Shown here one piece after another: positions 13,402 to 25,439 of a stretch of 64,000 nucleotides of DNA. The position numbers and the translations under genes are program-made. The notes under the pieces are model-generated. The model did no database searches. It worked only from the letters and a program-made list of their open reading frames with translations, and had not been told where the DNA came from. The stretch comes from Schmidtea nova (Eukaryota): assembly GCA_044892505.1 (NCBI GenBank), contig CM097883.1:444540001-444604000 (forward strand). Reading direction: 5' to 3'. Within the stretch, counting starts at the first letter, position 1. Every line of letters starts with the position of its first letter.

Positions 13402-15151
13402 ACATAACTAAGAAATAAGGAATTGATTTTAAATATTCAAGCAATTTTGTTACCGAAAAAAACACCGAAAGAATCCAGTTAAAAAATACTGAGATAATCT
13501 CTAAATGGAATTTATTGAGAAAAAATTCAAAGTTGATGCCAAAAGACAATTGAATGGAAAATATGAAGAATTATTTATGACTATGTATCCACTGTGAGTA
13601 TTTGTTATTTTTATTCGTTTAATAAATACAAGTTGTAATTATAAATATTGTTTTGGTTTTATTATAATTTTTTACTAATTTGTCGTAATAAACACACACA
13701 AGCACACACGCATACACCCCAATTACATAACACGCACCCCAGCTGTCCCAAGACAGCATTTTCTACCGGTGACTCGGCTGGGTTCAACAAATTTCTTAAC
13801 ATCAAATATTAACACATCCATTACAATTCTATTTATAATACAAACCTCCAGAGCCATTTACAATAGTTATTACGCTTAGAAAAAGAATAAGGGACTTAGA
13901 TATCGATTTTAATTATTTACAGGATTTGACATTTCTCTCATTAAGATCCCCAACAAACCCAATACACATCATAGACGCAAAAAAATCTCAGGAGCCCCAT
14001 AACGAACCATTCGTCTATGTTCGAAACCTATTAAAATTTTTTTCTTAATTTAAATTTGCAAGATTGATAATGGCTAAAATTCATCATATTATAAGATATA
14101 TTAACTATCGGTTGTTATCATTAAAATTCTAATAAAAAATCCTTCATAAAACTTACAGAAAAAGAAAATCAACAATAAAATTCTATTTATTTTACATAAG
14201 GTCATGAATAGGTTAAAGGGTCTATCAACAAATCGTTTATTATAATTCCAATGTATTAGGCATTGGTCGAGCGTTACTGGTTATGCAACTTCACGATGAC
14301 GAAATAAGTAACAGAAAGTTCTCCTTTTGAATAATTAATCTGAAGTGATTCGAAATAACTCCTGAGAAACTTGAACTGAAGATCCAAATAGGAAATGATT
14401 CCACGCGTAGAAAATTCATGAACAACGACACGTGATAGTTATGAGACATTTAATTTTTCACGGAGAGCTCCCAGTAGAACAATGCAGTTGATTTTAGTTA
14501 ATCTCTAAGAAATTAGATCCAACTGAACGAGAGCACGAAAAATCCGCCAGAGGATTGTCAGGAAGGGTGTTACTCGTCCTGATGATCTTTCTTAATTGAT
14601 TGGGAGGTTATTTTGTGAGGGCGACAATTTTGACAAAACTTCGAATTGCCCCTTTGATTTGTATTGTCTGGCGATTGGAAAGTCAGTTGCGATTCCATCT
14701 ACTAATTTAAAATTTAACGAAATAAAATATTCAAGTTTGAATATATTACCTAAGTGCCAATATGGAAACTGAAATTGAGAGGAGAGCCGGTTTCTGACCC
14801 TATAGAGAGCTCCATTTTAAAATTACACAAATTATTAAATTAGATTTGGAGAAATCAATTACATAATATCAACAACCAATCAGGTTGAATTTTAATTATA
14901 AATGAATAAAGACGAAAAAGAATCACAAATATATATATATATGTATGTGTGTATATATAAATGTATACATAAGTGTGTACATAATACTATATAGTAGTCA
15001 AAAAATTTTTTAAAAAATATTTTATTGGTTAAGGGGGGTTCAGAAAATAATTTTTAATAGAACTTTTAGCTGCTGAAACAAGATAGAATAAGGCTATAAC
15101 ATAGTAAAACATTTTATTATTATTCAAATGTAATTGTCGATTGATTGTGTC

Positions 15152-15319
15152 TTCTTTTAAATGATTGAGTGATTATTTCTTCCTTTAGATATTGAGTGTT
15201 TATTTCTTCTTTTAGATGATTGAGTGTTTATTTCTTCTTTTAGATGATTGAGTGTTTATTTCTTCTTTTAGATGATTGAGTGTTATTTCTTCTTTTAGAT
15301 GATTGAGTGTTTATTTCTT
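15152..15319. repeat. 28-bp tandem repeat (TCTTTTAGATGATTGAGTGTTTATTTCT), about 6 units
   Basis: Seen directly. Confidence 0.9.
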
Positions 15320-16204
15320 GCTTGCTTTATTTTTGAATTCAGCTAAATGGAATATTTTTGGCGATTTAAACAATTTTGTTTTTTATAAATAAATCAATAT
15401 TTGATTTTAATATATAAATATAAAGATATAATATTTAATTAAATTACTGTAAATAAAAATATTGTACTTATATATAAATAACGGAGGCACTACAGAACTC
15501 AAAATTTTAAAAACATAAATAGCTTTTGAATGGATAGATGAAAGATCCAAAACATTAAATCTTGTTTAAATTTGCTACATTGTAACCGTTGCCATTGTCA
15601 AGGCCTCGGTGATAATTTAAAATTTTTAACGTTAAATTTATGGCAAAATCTAAATATAAGTTATAAAGCGAAATAGACAATAGGGTGAAGATACAAATAA
15701 AGCTTACTTAATTTTTTTTAATATTAAAAACATAACAAGTTGGAAAAATTACGAAAATAATAGTCATTTAGATAAAAAACGACGATCAAATATACCCGAG
15801 TACATGCGATCTTTAAAGGAACATTTGGACCCGAATTGAATAGTGATGATATGTTTAGGTATGAATTTGTAAACGTAATAAATAAAGGACGATGTTTTGT
15901 ATTTTGATATAATTTAACGTATATTAATTGAATATAATATTTAAATTTTAAACTTTATAGATTCGACGGTACCCTCGAATTTTAGACGAACAACATCGAA
16001 AGATGAAAAAACCAACCCCTTAACATTTTCCGGAAATGTTTGAACTGATATTATTTTGTTCATGGCTTGTATATGTGTTTTTGGGCATAATTTTGGAATG
16101 ATGCTTTAAACTGTCTATATTTTATTATTTACAATGATTAATTGGGACAAATTAATAAATTTTTATTGATGTAATTTATTTTATTTTGCTGATTTAAAAG
16201 GAAT

Positions 16205-16320
16205 ATCCGTAGATACATCATTGAGTAAGGGACAAAATAGGCATTAGACCTTCTATCGGTAGCCCTTGAACCCCGGAGACGTTCGGTCAATCATAATTTC
16301 GAATTCTTCGACTCTCATGA
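16205..16320 (+). repeat. Diverged dispersed repeat, inverted relative to ~41640-41760
   Basis: Shared GGACAAAA...CATTA.ACCTTCT.TCG...GCCCTTGAAC...GAGAC.TT.GGTCAAT.ATA.TTTCGA blocks. Confidence 0.55.
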
Positions 16321-16809
16321 TTGCAAATATCCACCAATTTGTTGCATTACCAGTTACATTGTGACGGGCAACAAGATGGTTAAACTAATGTTTTATGTGT
16401 TGAGTTGTTGATGTGAGCCATAACAGCGATCAACAACCCACCAAAATCTTTTCAACATTGGTTTACTTAAACTATATACCAATTGATCAGATTACCATTT
16501 TTGTGTATCTTTCTTTGAATTATTTACCCTTTGAAATTTTGTTTACCCAAGCAAACCCATCGGGATCTATTGGGTTTGTCCAAATCTTTTTCAATTGATT
16601 TTTGGTTAATTTTTCATTCTTTCTGGGGAAAATTTCCTTTATTGTAACAACAAGATGTTAATATATTTAAATCTAAATTATGTTTATCGGGTTTTGAATT
16701 TTTAGCTCCCATTTATGAATTTAACGATGAAATTGCACTTATAGCTGATAATACTATTGAAATTAATGTACATAGAAATCACAATTTGATTTATAAATGA
16801 TCTTTCGCA

Positions 16810-17130
16810 TAATATTGTGATTTTTAGTGTTGACTAGTGATAAACGAGATCTTTTGTCTTTTTGTAGTACTTATTTTATGGCTTCACTAATATTAACATT
16901 GCCACGGATTACATTGACAATAACTTTAAGCAAATCATCAATAAAAAATGGAGCAAAAGCCTGAAAAATCATCATACGTTTATTAATTGGAGCCTTTATC
17001 AAGGTTTTAAAATATTACTTTTATGTTACTATTTTTACAGCATTTCTTTTTAACATTATTCACTAATGAACAAGTTTTCATCAGACTACCCAGTCGCCAA
17101 CCAAAACCAAAGTCCGCCAACGGCAAACCG
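16810..17130 (-). pseudogene. Possible Ser/Thr kinase relic
   Basis: LADFGFG...LMKTC followed downstream by APFFIDDLLKVIVNVIRG..ISEAIK*VLQKDKRSRLSL..H, resembling DFG/activation segment and C-lobe; no HRD or APE motif seen. Confidence 0.3.
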
Positions 17131-17385
17131 CGCGGCAATTCATCGGTACAGATCCGAGTGAATGAACAACAAAACCAATTGTGACTACTTAATTTCACAA
17201 TCATATAACTTTAATTTATTTATAAAAATTGTTTTTTGCAATTCATTCTATCCATTTATCGTTCTAAATATTAGTTTTTATTTTTTAAATATTAATTATT
17301 AAATTTTGAATTGTGACTAATAATTTTTTTTTTCTATTTTTTCTCACGTTTACACAAATTTATTTTCTGATTCCACCAGCCCAAC

Positions 17386-17565
17386 AGTTGCAAAGAAACA
17401 ATTTACATCAACAACAGAATAACTCGTTTCCATTAGGCGTTTTAATCAATCGAATACAAGGATCAAGAACACCGGTTCATTAATATAATTATTCAGGGTT
17501 ATAAAGTAGTTGCAAAAGATGTTATAACTCCAATTTGGAGAATTGACAGTGTGCGATTTGCATAA
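17386..17565 (+). pseudogene. Decayed paralogue of the palindrome ORF-B C-terminus
   Basis: SCKETIYINNRITRFH*AF*SIEYKDQEHRFINIIIQGYKVVAKDVITPIWRIDSVRFA* aligns without gaps to ORF-B (38513-38929); 3' flank also homologous to ~17625. Confidence 0.9.
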
Positions 17566-17974
17566 ATGTTTTTTAATAAATTTTATTACTATCAATTTTA
17601 GTTTTTTCTTGTTCAAATTTTTAATATAGTGTCGATTTATAGACCAGTGTTAATTTTAAATNNNNNNNNNNNNNNNNNNNNNNNNNNNNNNNNNNNNNNN
17701 NNNNNNNNNNNNNNNNNNNNNNNNNNNNNNNNNNNNNNNNNNNNNNNNNNNNNNNNNNNNNNNNNNNNNNNNNNNNNNNNNNNNNNNNNNNNNNNNNNNN
17801 NNNNNNNNNNNNNNNNNNNNNNNNNNNNNNNNNNNNNNNNNNNNNNNNNNNNNNNNNNNCTTACCTTTACATTGTCTTTGTTAATATTGCAGCTTAATGC
17901 TGACTTAGAAAAAATTTTCAAGTTTTTTATATTTTACCTGCTAATTTTTGACATAAAAAAATTTGAAAACTTTA

Positions 17975-18325
17975 TCTGACCTACTTAATTTATCATCATC
18001 ATGACCTGAAATAGACCTACTTAATTCTGACAGATAAAATTTCGAAACTAACTTTTACCTACTTAATTTGACCTTAAATTCACCTTTAAAATATTTGACC
18101 TACTTAATTTGTCCTCATCGTGATCTGAAATTGATATATTTTTAATCTTAAAGTGTCCTTAAGCGACATTTTGCCCTTAAAGTGTCCTTAAAGTGTCATT
18201 AAAGTGTCCTTAAAGTGTCATTAAAGTGTCCTTAAAGTGTCATTAAAGTGTCCTTAAAGTGTCATTAAAGTGTCCTTAAAGTGTCATTAAAGTGTCCTTA
18301 AAGTGTCATTAAAGTGTCCTTAAGC
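17975..18325. repeat. Two adjacent tandem arrays: degenerate GACCTACTTAATTT units, then alternating 11-mers AAAGTGTCCTT/AAAGTGTCATT (18148-18325)
   Basis: Seen directly. Confidence 0.9.
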
Positions 18326-18804
18326 GAAAATTTTGATCTTAAGATGTACTTAAATTGACCTACATAAAAAAATTTTCTAAGGACTCTTGACCTATATCTT
18401 ATGGGCTCACATCCTACTACTGTGGTAAATATTATTTCATGTATATTATGCGTTAATTTGGATGATTTTAAGATTTATTTTAGTGAAAACACACTTGTTT
18501 AGTAATTTTATGATGATATTATTCAAACTACGGTCTGTTTATTTGCGTACAAGTTAGCTAAATATTATTTCTCAGAGGAAATTAATTCGGATTATATGCA
18601 TAACTAATTACCAAAACACATAAATTGTGATATAACCTGCAGTTGTATAACCTGAAGTTGTATGACATGCATCTGTATTGCAATATCTTTATTGTCCATG
18701 CGTGTAAGTTGCAATTAAGTTGCAATACTTGTCCAATCAAATTACAATACACGAGTAATACACATATATATCTTGGATAAATTTTTATAAATACTTGAAA
18801 ATTT

Positions 18805-19287
18805 ATGATTATTAATAAAATGAAACAAGAAATATTTATAATAAATTTGATTGATGGTCTGTTATCTAAAGAAAAAGATAATGAAATCATATCAAGTCTA
18901 CAAATCCTGGTATCCGATGCCGAGGAAATATATAATTCCAAGCCCATCGACTTTTCGTGGATTTTGAATCAAAAATCAACTACAGCAAGAAACATGAATT
19001 TATAAGCGTGTATTATTCGTTATTTGTGTCTGAAATGAAGTGGTCACATGTCATTATGGCTTTCATGTATATAAAACAAATAAGGGATAATTCGAGTTCA
19101 AATTATGAAAATTATTTTCAATGGTCAGCACAGGTCGTTTGTTTTTTATTTAATTTTATTATTAATATTATTTTAGATTATCAAAAGTGAAATATACCCT
19201 TGGGTTCAATAAAACAGGAAATGGAAAAAACTAATAGGATTGGCTGAAAATAGTAGGATTATTAGGAATTTATTAGGATTTATTAGG
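18805..19287 (+). pseudogene. Bcl-2-family protein pseudogene (frameshift, nonsense codon, 43-nt intron, 3' end abutting a Gypsy fragment)
   Basis: BH3-like LQILVSDAEEIY; BH1-like FISVYYSLFVSEMKWSHVIMAFMY (same spacing as [24 protein letters not shown]); after splicing the GT..AG intron 19134-19176, BH2-like WSAQIIKSEIYPWVQ*NRKWKKLI (cf. Bcl-xL [24 protein letters not shown]); frameshift near 18955. Confidence 0.75.
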
Positions 19288-22200
19288 AAAACCCAAACGT
19301 TAACCGTTACCAAAATAACCATAACAACCCCATAGAGCAAAATCCAAATTTTAACCGATACAATAACCCAAACAACAACTATGTACAAAATGGAAATTGG
19401 TGTTACTTTCACAATAGATTTGGGGACAAGGCTTTCAAGAGCAACGCACCTTGTACCTTCCACAACAAAAAGCCGGAAAACAATTAAAGTCGCCAATGAC
19501 AGCAACGACATTTGGTGACTACGAAACATTCACGGTGCAAAGCAACAATTTAAATTTCCTTGTTGATTCCGGTTCAATAGTTAGTTTGTTACCAAGTTAT
19601 TCATTCCAATCCTTAAAAGAAGGAAACTACAACCTGTGCGCAGCAAATGGCAGCAACATCAAAACCTACGGCAAACAACAATTAACCATTATTATAAACA
19701 AAACAAACTACAATTGGGAATTTATCATCGCTGATGTGAAACAGGCCATTTTAGGATCCGATTTCCTAGCGAAATACAACTTGCTAGTAGACTGTCGAAA
19801 TAAAAACGTTATACAAAATACTTTCAAAACAGGAAAATACCCAATCGACAAACCTAACGACAAAAACTTTATAAAAACCTTAACAAATTGTGATATCGGA
19901 GTAATAACCACAAACACAATCAAAATACAGTCAAAAGACTTACAAACCAAAAATACAACAAAATGCGAAAAAAAACACAGGCAATGCAATACCAAAAGAA
20001 ATCAAAGACTTGCTCAAAAACTACCCTACAATCACAGACAAACTATCAATTGAAACCACAAACAAATGCATAACAGAACACGCAATCATAACAAATGGTA
20101 ACCCAGTCCACGCCAAAGTGAGGCAACTAGACAACAAAAAACTCACAATAACCAAAGAAATTTTCGACGATTTACTGGAAAACAAAATTATTCAACACTT
20201 CAATTTAAACTGGTCATCCGCACTTATGCTAAAAGAAAAAGCAAATGGCGAATGGAGAGCATGTGGAGATTAGAGAGCTTTAAACAATATCACAATACCC
20301 GACAAATACCGCATACCTATAATTAACGACGTAATCAACAGGATACATAACCCAAATTATTTCAGTAAAATCGACCTACAAAAAGCATTCAACCAAATTC
20401 CGGTGCGTGAAGAAGACATCAAAAAGACCTCGATAATAACACCGATCGGGCTATATGAATACAACCGAATGCCGTTCGGTTTGAAAAACGCAGCCGCTAC
20501 TTTCCAAATGTTCATGGACCAAATTCTGAGAAACCACAGAAATACGGTAGCGTATTTAGACGACATTTTGATTGCATCAACAAACAGAATCGAACACATA
20601 CAAGACATCAATGAAGTCTTAAAAACCCTCAACAAGCATAATCTCAAAATCAATATAAAGAAATGCGAATTCCTAAAACACCAAGTTAAATTCCTCGGGC
20701 ATATCCTTAACGAAAACGGAACAAGACCGTTAGAGGACAAAATAAAGGCAATCAAAGAATTCCTACTCCCCAAAACAACAAGAGAATTGAGACGTTTTCT
20801 AGGCATGATAAATTTTTATCACAAACATATCCCATATTGCAGCGAAATCCTTGCACCACTTAAATGAGCTAAACAAAATCAAAAGAAACATAAAAATTAA
20901 TTGGAACAAAGACCTAGAAACAGCATTTGAAAAAGTAAAAACTAAACTGTCAAATACAAGCCTATTAAACTACCCTGACCCAAACTTAACCTACATTATC
21001 AACACAGACTGTTCAGGAATAGCTATGGGAGGCACAATATACCAAGAGAAAAACAACGAAAAACAACCCATTGCATTCTTCTCAAAAAAACTCAAAGTAC
21101 ATCAAATGCGATATTCCACTCTCGACAGGGAACTACTGGCAGTACATGATACAATAAAACATTTTCAATACCTTTTAGAAGGAAAAGAGTTCAAAGTGTA
21201 CACTGACCACAAACCTCTAGTAAACGCAATCAACATGAAATTACGGTCACCAAGACAAATAAGACAATTAAATTATATTTCACAATTTAATTGCGAAATA
21301 AAATATATAACAGGAGCAGCAAACATATGCGCAGATACCCTTTCACGAATTGAAACAGAAACAAACGCGATCAGCATGATCCCAATAGTGAATCAAGAAA
21401 CAATGAGAAACAAGCAAGAAACAAGCAAGAAAGAATAATAAAAAACTTTCCAAAACTCAACTCATTAATTCTAAAAGAGTTTGATGGAATTTGGTACGAT
21501 ATTTCAAACGAAAACAACATAAGACTAATAGTACCTGATGAACACAGAATCGAACTCATCAAACAATTTCACAACATATACCACCCAGGAACAAAAGCCA
21601 CATACGAACTCATGCACACAAAAGTGGTATGGCCAAACATGAGAAAGGACATCAAAGAATTCGTCAACTCATGTATAATCTGTCAGAAAAACAAAATAAC
21701 AACAAAAATCGAATTCCAAAAAACAGAATCTTTCCAAACAATACATATAGACATAGTTGGTTCATTACCACCTAACAACAAACACAAATACCTATTGACG
21801 ATAATAGACCGAAACACCAACTGGTTTGAGGCTATCCCAATCAAAGAAATATCAGCAGCAACAATTTGCAGGAAACTAGAAATAAACTGGTTTGCGAGAT
21901 ACGGATGTCCAAAAACAACTATTAGCGACCAAGGCAGACAATTCGAATCCGATCTATTCAAAGGACTATGCACAAAATATAAAATAAAAAAAGTCCGAAC
22001 AACAGCATACAACCCACAGTCAAACGGCAAAGTAGAAAGCCTTCATGGATCCTTAAAACAAGCGATACGGACTAAAGCTAATGACAGAAACTGGATAGAA
22101 AAACTGCCAGAAATACTAATCGGGCTACGAAATAACCCATCTTCGATAAATAACAAAAGCCTTAGTCAACTAACTTTCGGACATACAACAAACCTCCCAA

Positions 22201-22520
22201 ACTTAATAAAAAATATCGAAAACACTGAAAAAACATTCGAAGTCAATGCAAAACGAAACAAAATAAATTTTCGTAAATAGAAATGACAAACAAAAACATA
22301 TCTCATGGTCGAGTCGGTATTAATAAAAAAGCCATTCACCAGCGATTTCGAAGCAAAATACGAAGGTCCCTACAAATTAATCAATCTGAACAAAAATGTG
22401 GGCACCCTACAAATAAACAACAGGGAAATCAAAATCAACATTCGCAGGTTAAAACCTTACCAATATAAAAACCAAGTAAACAAAAAACCCCAAGAGCTTC
22501 CTAAAAAAAGATTAGGTGAT
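19288..22520 (+). mobile_element. Ty3/Gypsy retrotransposon, 5'- and 3'-truncated, pol disrupted
   Basis: gag knuckle CYFHNRFGDKAFKSNAPC; protease FLVDSGS; RT (MPFGLKNAAATFQ, AYLDDILI); RNase H (INTDCSG...YSTLDRELLA...VYTDHKPL); integrase (HHPG...CIIC, HIDIVG, ISDQG, GKVESLH); YEGPY tail; order PR-RT-RH-IN; several stops and frameshifts; no LTR. Confidence 0.95.
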
Positions 22521-23148
22521 AAAACTGAAGTACGGTCCATCAAAGTATCATCTACCCAACAATTCAAGGTCTTATACATTAGTGCTATTCTTCATGTAGT
22601 GTCGTAATAAATATTATATAATAACCTGTGATGATGTTTAACCATCTGGGATAATCAATAGAGGTTTAAAATGTCTGAAAATTGTTATTTTGTTGGTCAA
22701 GTAAAGCACGCTCGGAGTCAGAAAATTAATTGGTAATTTCATAATTCACGAACAACATAATAAATTTTGTATTGTTGTAAATAGGTTCAAGAAACTTTGA
22801 GAGAAGATTGAAATCGACAAAAAACTGTAAATGTTCTGGATTCTCTTTACGTATCACCCGTTTACCGAAAAATTTTGAATTCTAAGAGATTGTAAATTTA
22901 AGGAATTAATCAATTCTGAGGATAAATTAGAAAAGATAAATGAGGTTTGAGAGCAAATGGTCATACACGTTTCGTTCTTAATGATGCAGCAATCTGTAAC
23001 CGAAGGCAAATTCAAAGCGGTGAGCATTTAATAGAATCAAAAACAGTAAATTAAGACGAATAAAATTCACAGCGATTAATTTATTCATAAAAACAAGTAT
23101 AAAAACAGCTGAATATATACACAAATAGATAAATCGGTTTATCCAATT

Positions 23149-24250
23149 CTACCCGAGTCTGCTGTGAACTGATCCTTTGTTGCGATTGGTTTTCATCCGT
23201 TCAGTGCGATTCCTAAATGAGTGATGCTGAACAATCAATTGCCACAACAGCATTCAAACCTGTCAGGAATTCTATCACTATACAATCGCATGCTGGAAAT
23301 CATTTTTCTCCGTTTCCCAGATGATTTCTCGTCCTCCTCGTCGCTGTCATTGCTGCTACTTCTTTCTGACCTGGATTCATCAATTGATGAAACCGGTGAT
23401 GGTTTGCGACCGCTTTTCCTAACTGTAGATTTTTCATTGGTTACATTGTCATTATCGATCAATTCCGGTAAATCGTCATAACCAACTAATCGGGAATCAA
23501 TCTCATCTTCCTTATCCATTGTATTTCGTTTGCGTTTCAATTGTTCACGATAAGATTTCGACACAAATCCTTTCACGTTTCCATACCTAGGGTTGCCATG
23601 AGTGAGATAATATTGACTCTTTCTCTCCGATCCTTTTGTTTTTTCATCGCCTGAATAGTTTTATTAAATCACATTGTACCTATCACGAAATAACAAAAAT
23701 CTCTCAACTCGTATTAGCAATTCTCATAAACATTTTCCCAGCTGTCCCGTCCGGTAGATTTACAACTTGCCTCCAAATTCCATTGGATAAACAAAGCAAT
23801 TCCCGATTTGTTTCTTTTTCTTTCACATCGATTAATTCTTGATCTAACTCAAATTCTTCTGTGAAATTCTCAAAAACTTTAAAACAATTTGTAATTGAAT
23901 CGAAATTCAGATTACAACTGTCATCCGTAATCCATTCAATTTGAAATGGCATAAATTCTATTAGCCATTTTTCGAGGTCTTTAGATGATTTATCTTTGGT
24001 GCCCCACAAATGAATTGTGTTAATTCTCTGTTCACATGGAACGCTTTCGATGTTAGGAATTTTGAAATATTCCAATAAACTATCAGTAAAACCCTTAGTT
24101 AATGGTGAATTGATTTCACATCCACATATTTTTGACTAGTAATAAAATGTCTTATAATAATGGGCATTTAATTGAACTCACAATGCAATTACAGTGATTT
24201 AATTTATAATCAATATTATTGATTTTTGTTGAGATGACTGTTGTTTCCAT
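23149..24250 (-). CDS. NCBP3: Nuclear cap-binding protein subunit 3; exons 24250-24182, 24135-23709, 23650-23260, 23212-23149 (951 nt, 316 aa)
   Basis: IHLWGTKDKSSKDL...PFQIEWITDDSCNLNF RRM-like block; spliced MRIANTSDEKQKDRREKSQYYLTHGNPRYGNVKG matches the NCBP3 SQYY..YGNP.YG.MKG motif; C-terminal SVHSRLG*; three GT-AG introns (46, 58, 47 nt) keep the frame. Confidence 0.9.
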
Positions 24251-24769
24251 CTTTAAATTTTGCGGAAAAATACTATTTATAGGTATTTTATAAACAAAAT
24301 GAATATCAAAGAAATGGCTTTTTCTAGTAAATTTAAAACAATTTTTAATCCTTAATAAATTAATATAATAATTGAAGAAATTTTAATGTAAATTTTATAC
24401 ATTATTGATTTCATGTTATAAAAGTTAATTTCAAATTTTATATCATTCTTAAAAACTCATCATTTAACTATTAATGTTGAGTTAACTATAAATATTTGCA
24501 TTATAAAATAAATTTTGTGAATTACAAAGATACAGGGTTTATTTTTTAAAAAATCATTTTATATAATTTACAAACTTACGCACTGATTATAATATAAATG
24601 TAAATTAAGTAAAAAATTAATTTGTACAAACGTCATCAATGACATTCTTTGACAGCTAATAAATCATCTTGCAATAAAAAATAAATATTTTTAAATTAAT
24701 AAATGCAGATAGGTAAAATTGCTTTACAAAAACATTTAAAAATCATTTTAATTATTTAACTAATTTTAC

Positions 24770-24950
24770 TATCAATAATTCCCATAATGGTAAGACTAGA
24801 TCAAAATTTCTTTAAATAAGTACACAATATTTCGGCACAGCCTTTATCAAGTACACACTTGATACACATTTGACAAAGGCTGTACCAAAATATTGTGTAC
24901 TTATTTAAAGAAATTTTGATCTAGTCTTACCATTATGGGAATTATTGATA
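24770..24950. mobile_element. Hairpin MITE (181 bp, near-perfect palindrome, TA at both ends)
   Basis: TATCAATAATTCCCATAATGGTAAGACTAGATCAAAATTTCTTTAAATAAGTACACAATATTT inverted at both ends; related to 49074-49191. Confidence 0.85.
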
Positions 24951-25119
24951 ATAATATTTAAAAAGGATCAAATGTGAAACAAAAAGATAATTATGATATT
25001 TAACTAATTGAAAATAAAATTTCCATAAAACTTAAATACCCTTAGAATTTTGAATATATAATTCTGTTTCGTTGATGACATGAAATCCTTATTTATCTAG
25101 AAGTAGGCAGTTATGTGGA

Positions 25120-25390
25120 GCATGAGTCATCGCAGAACAAAGGAAGTGACGTCACCCCCCCGGGGGGGTAGGAAATTTTTTATGACTCGTCGATGACGTC
25201 ATCGATGACTCATCGCGATGACTCATCGGCATGACTCATCGATGACTCATCGGCATGACTCATCGATGACTCATCGGCATGACTCATCGATGACTCATCG
25301 GCATGACTCATCGGCATGACTCATCGATGACGCCATCGATGACTCATTTCAAATTTGAATTTTATGACGTCATCGATGACTCATTTCAAA
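25120..25390. promoter_or_regulatory. Terminal array of AP-1 (TGACTCA, 13 copies) and CRE (TGACGTCA, 3 copies) motifs plus a CCCCCCCGGGGGGG palindrome; shorter mirror array at ~40335-40555
   Basis: Motifs counted by eye; regulatory function is inferred. Confidence 0.65.
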
Positions 25391-25439
25391 TTCAAATTTT
25401 GAATTTGAATTTCCAAAGGTCAAATAAGGTCAAACCTTC

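Noticed and set aside
13505-13600. Exon-like MEFIEKKFKVDAKRQLNGKYEELFMTMYP followed by a GTGAGT donor
   Set aside because: No convincing downstream exon or recognisable homology
14200-14815. GC-richer minus-strand segment with an intron-like gap
   Set aside because: All frames are interrupted and no motif was recognised; possibly a very old relic
25200-25390. CRISPR-like array (also the 22-bp arrays at 18.2, 32.1 and 50.7 kb)
   Set aside because: Head-to-tail repeats without unique spacers, no cas genes, eukaryotic context
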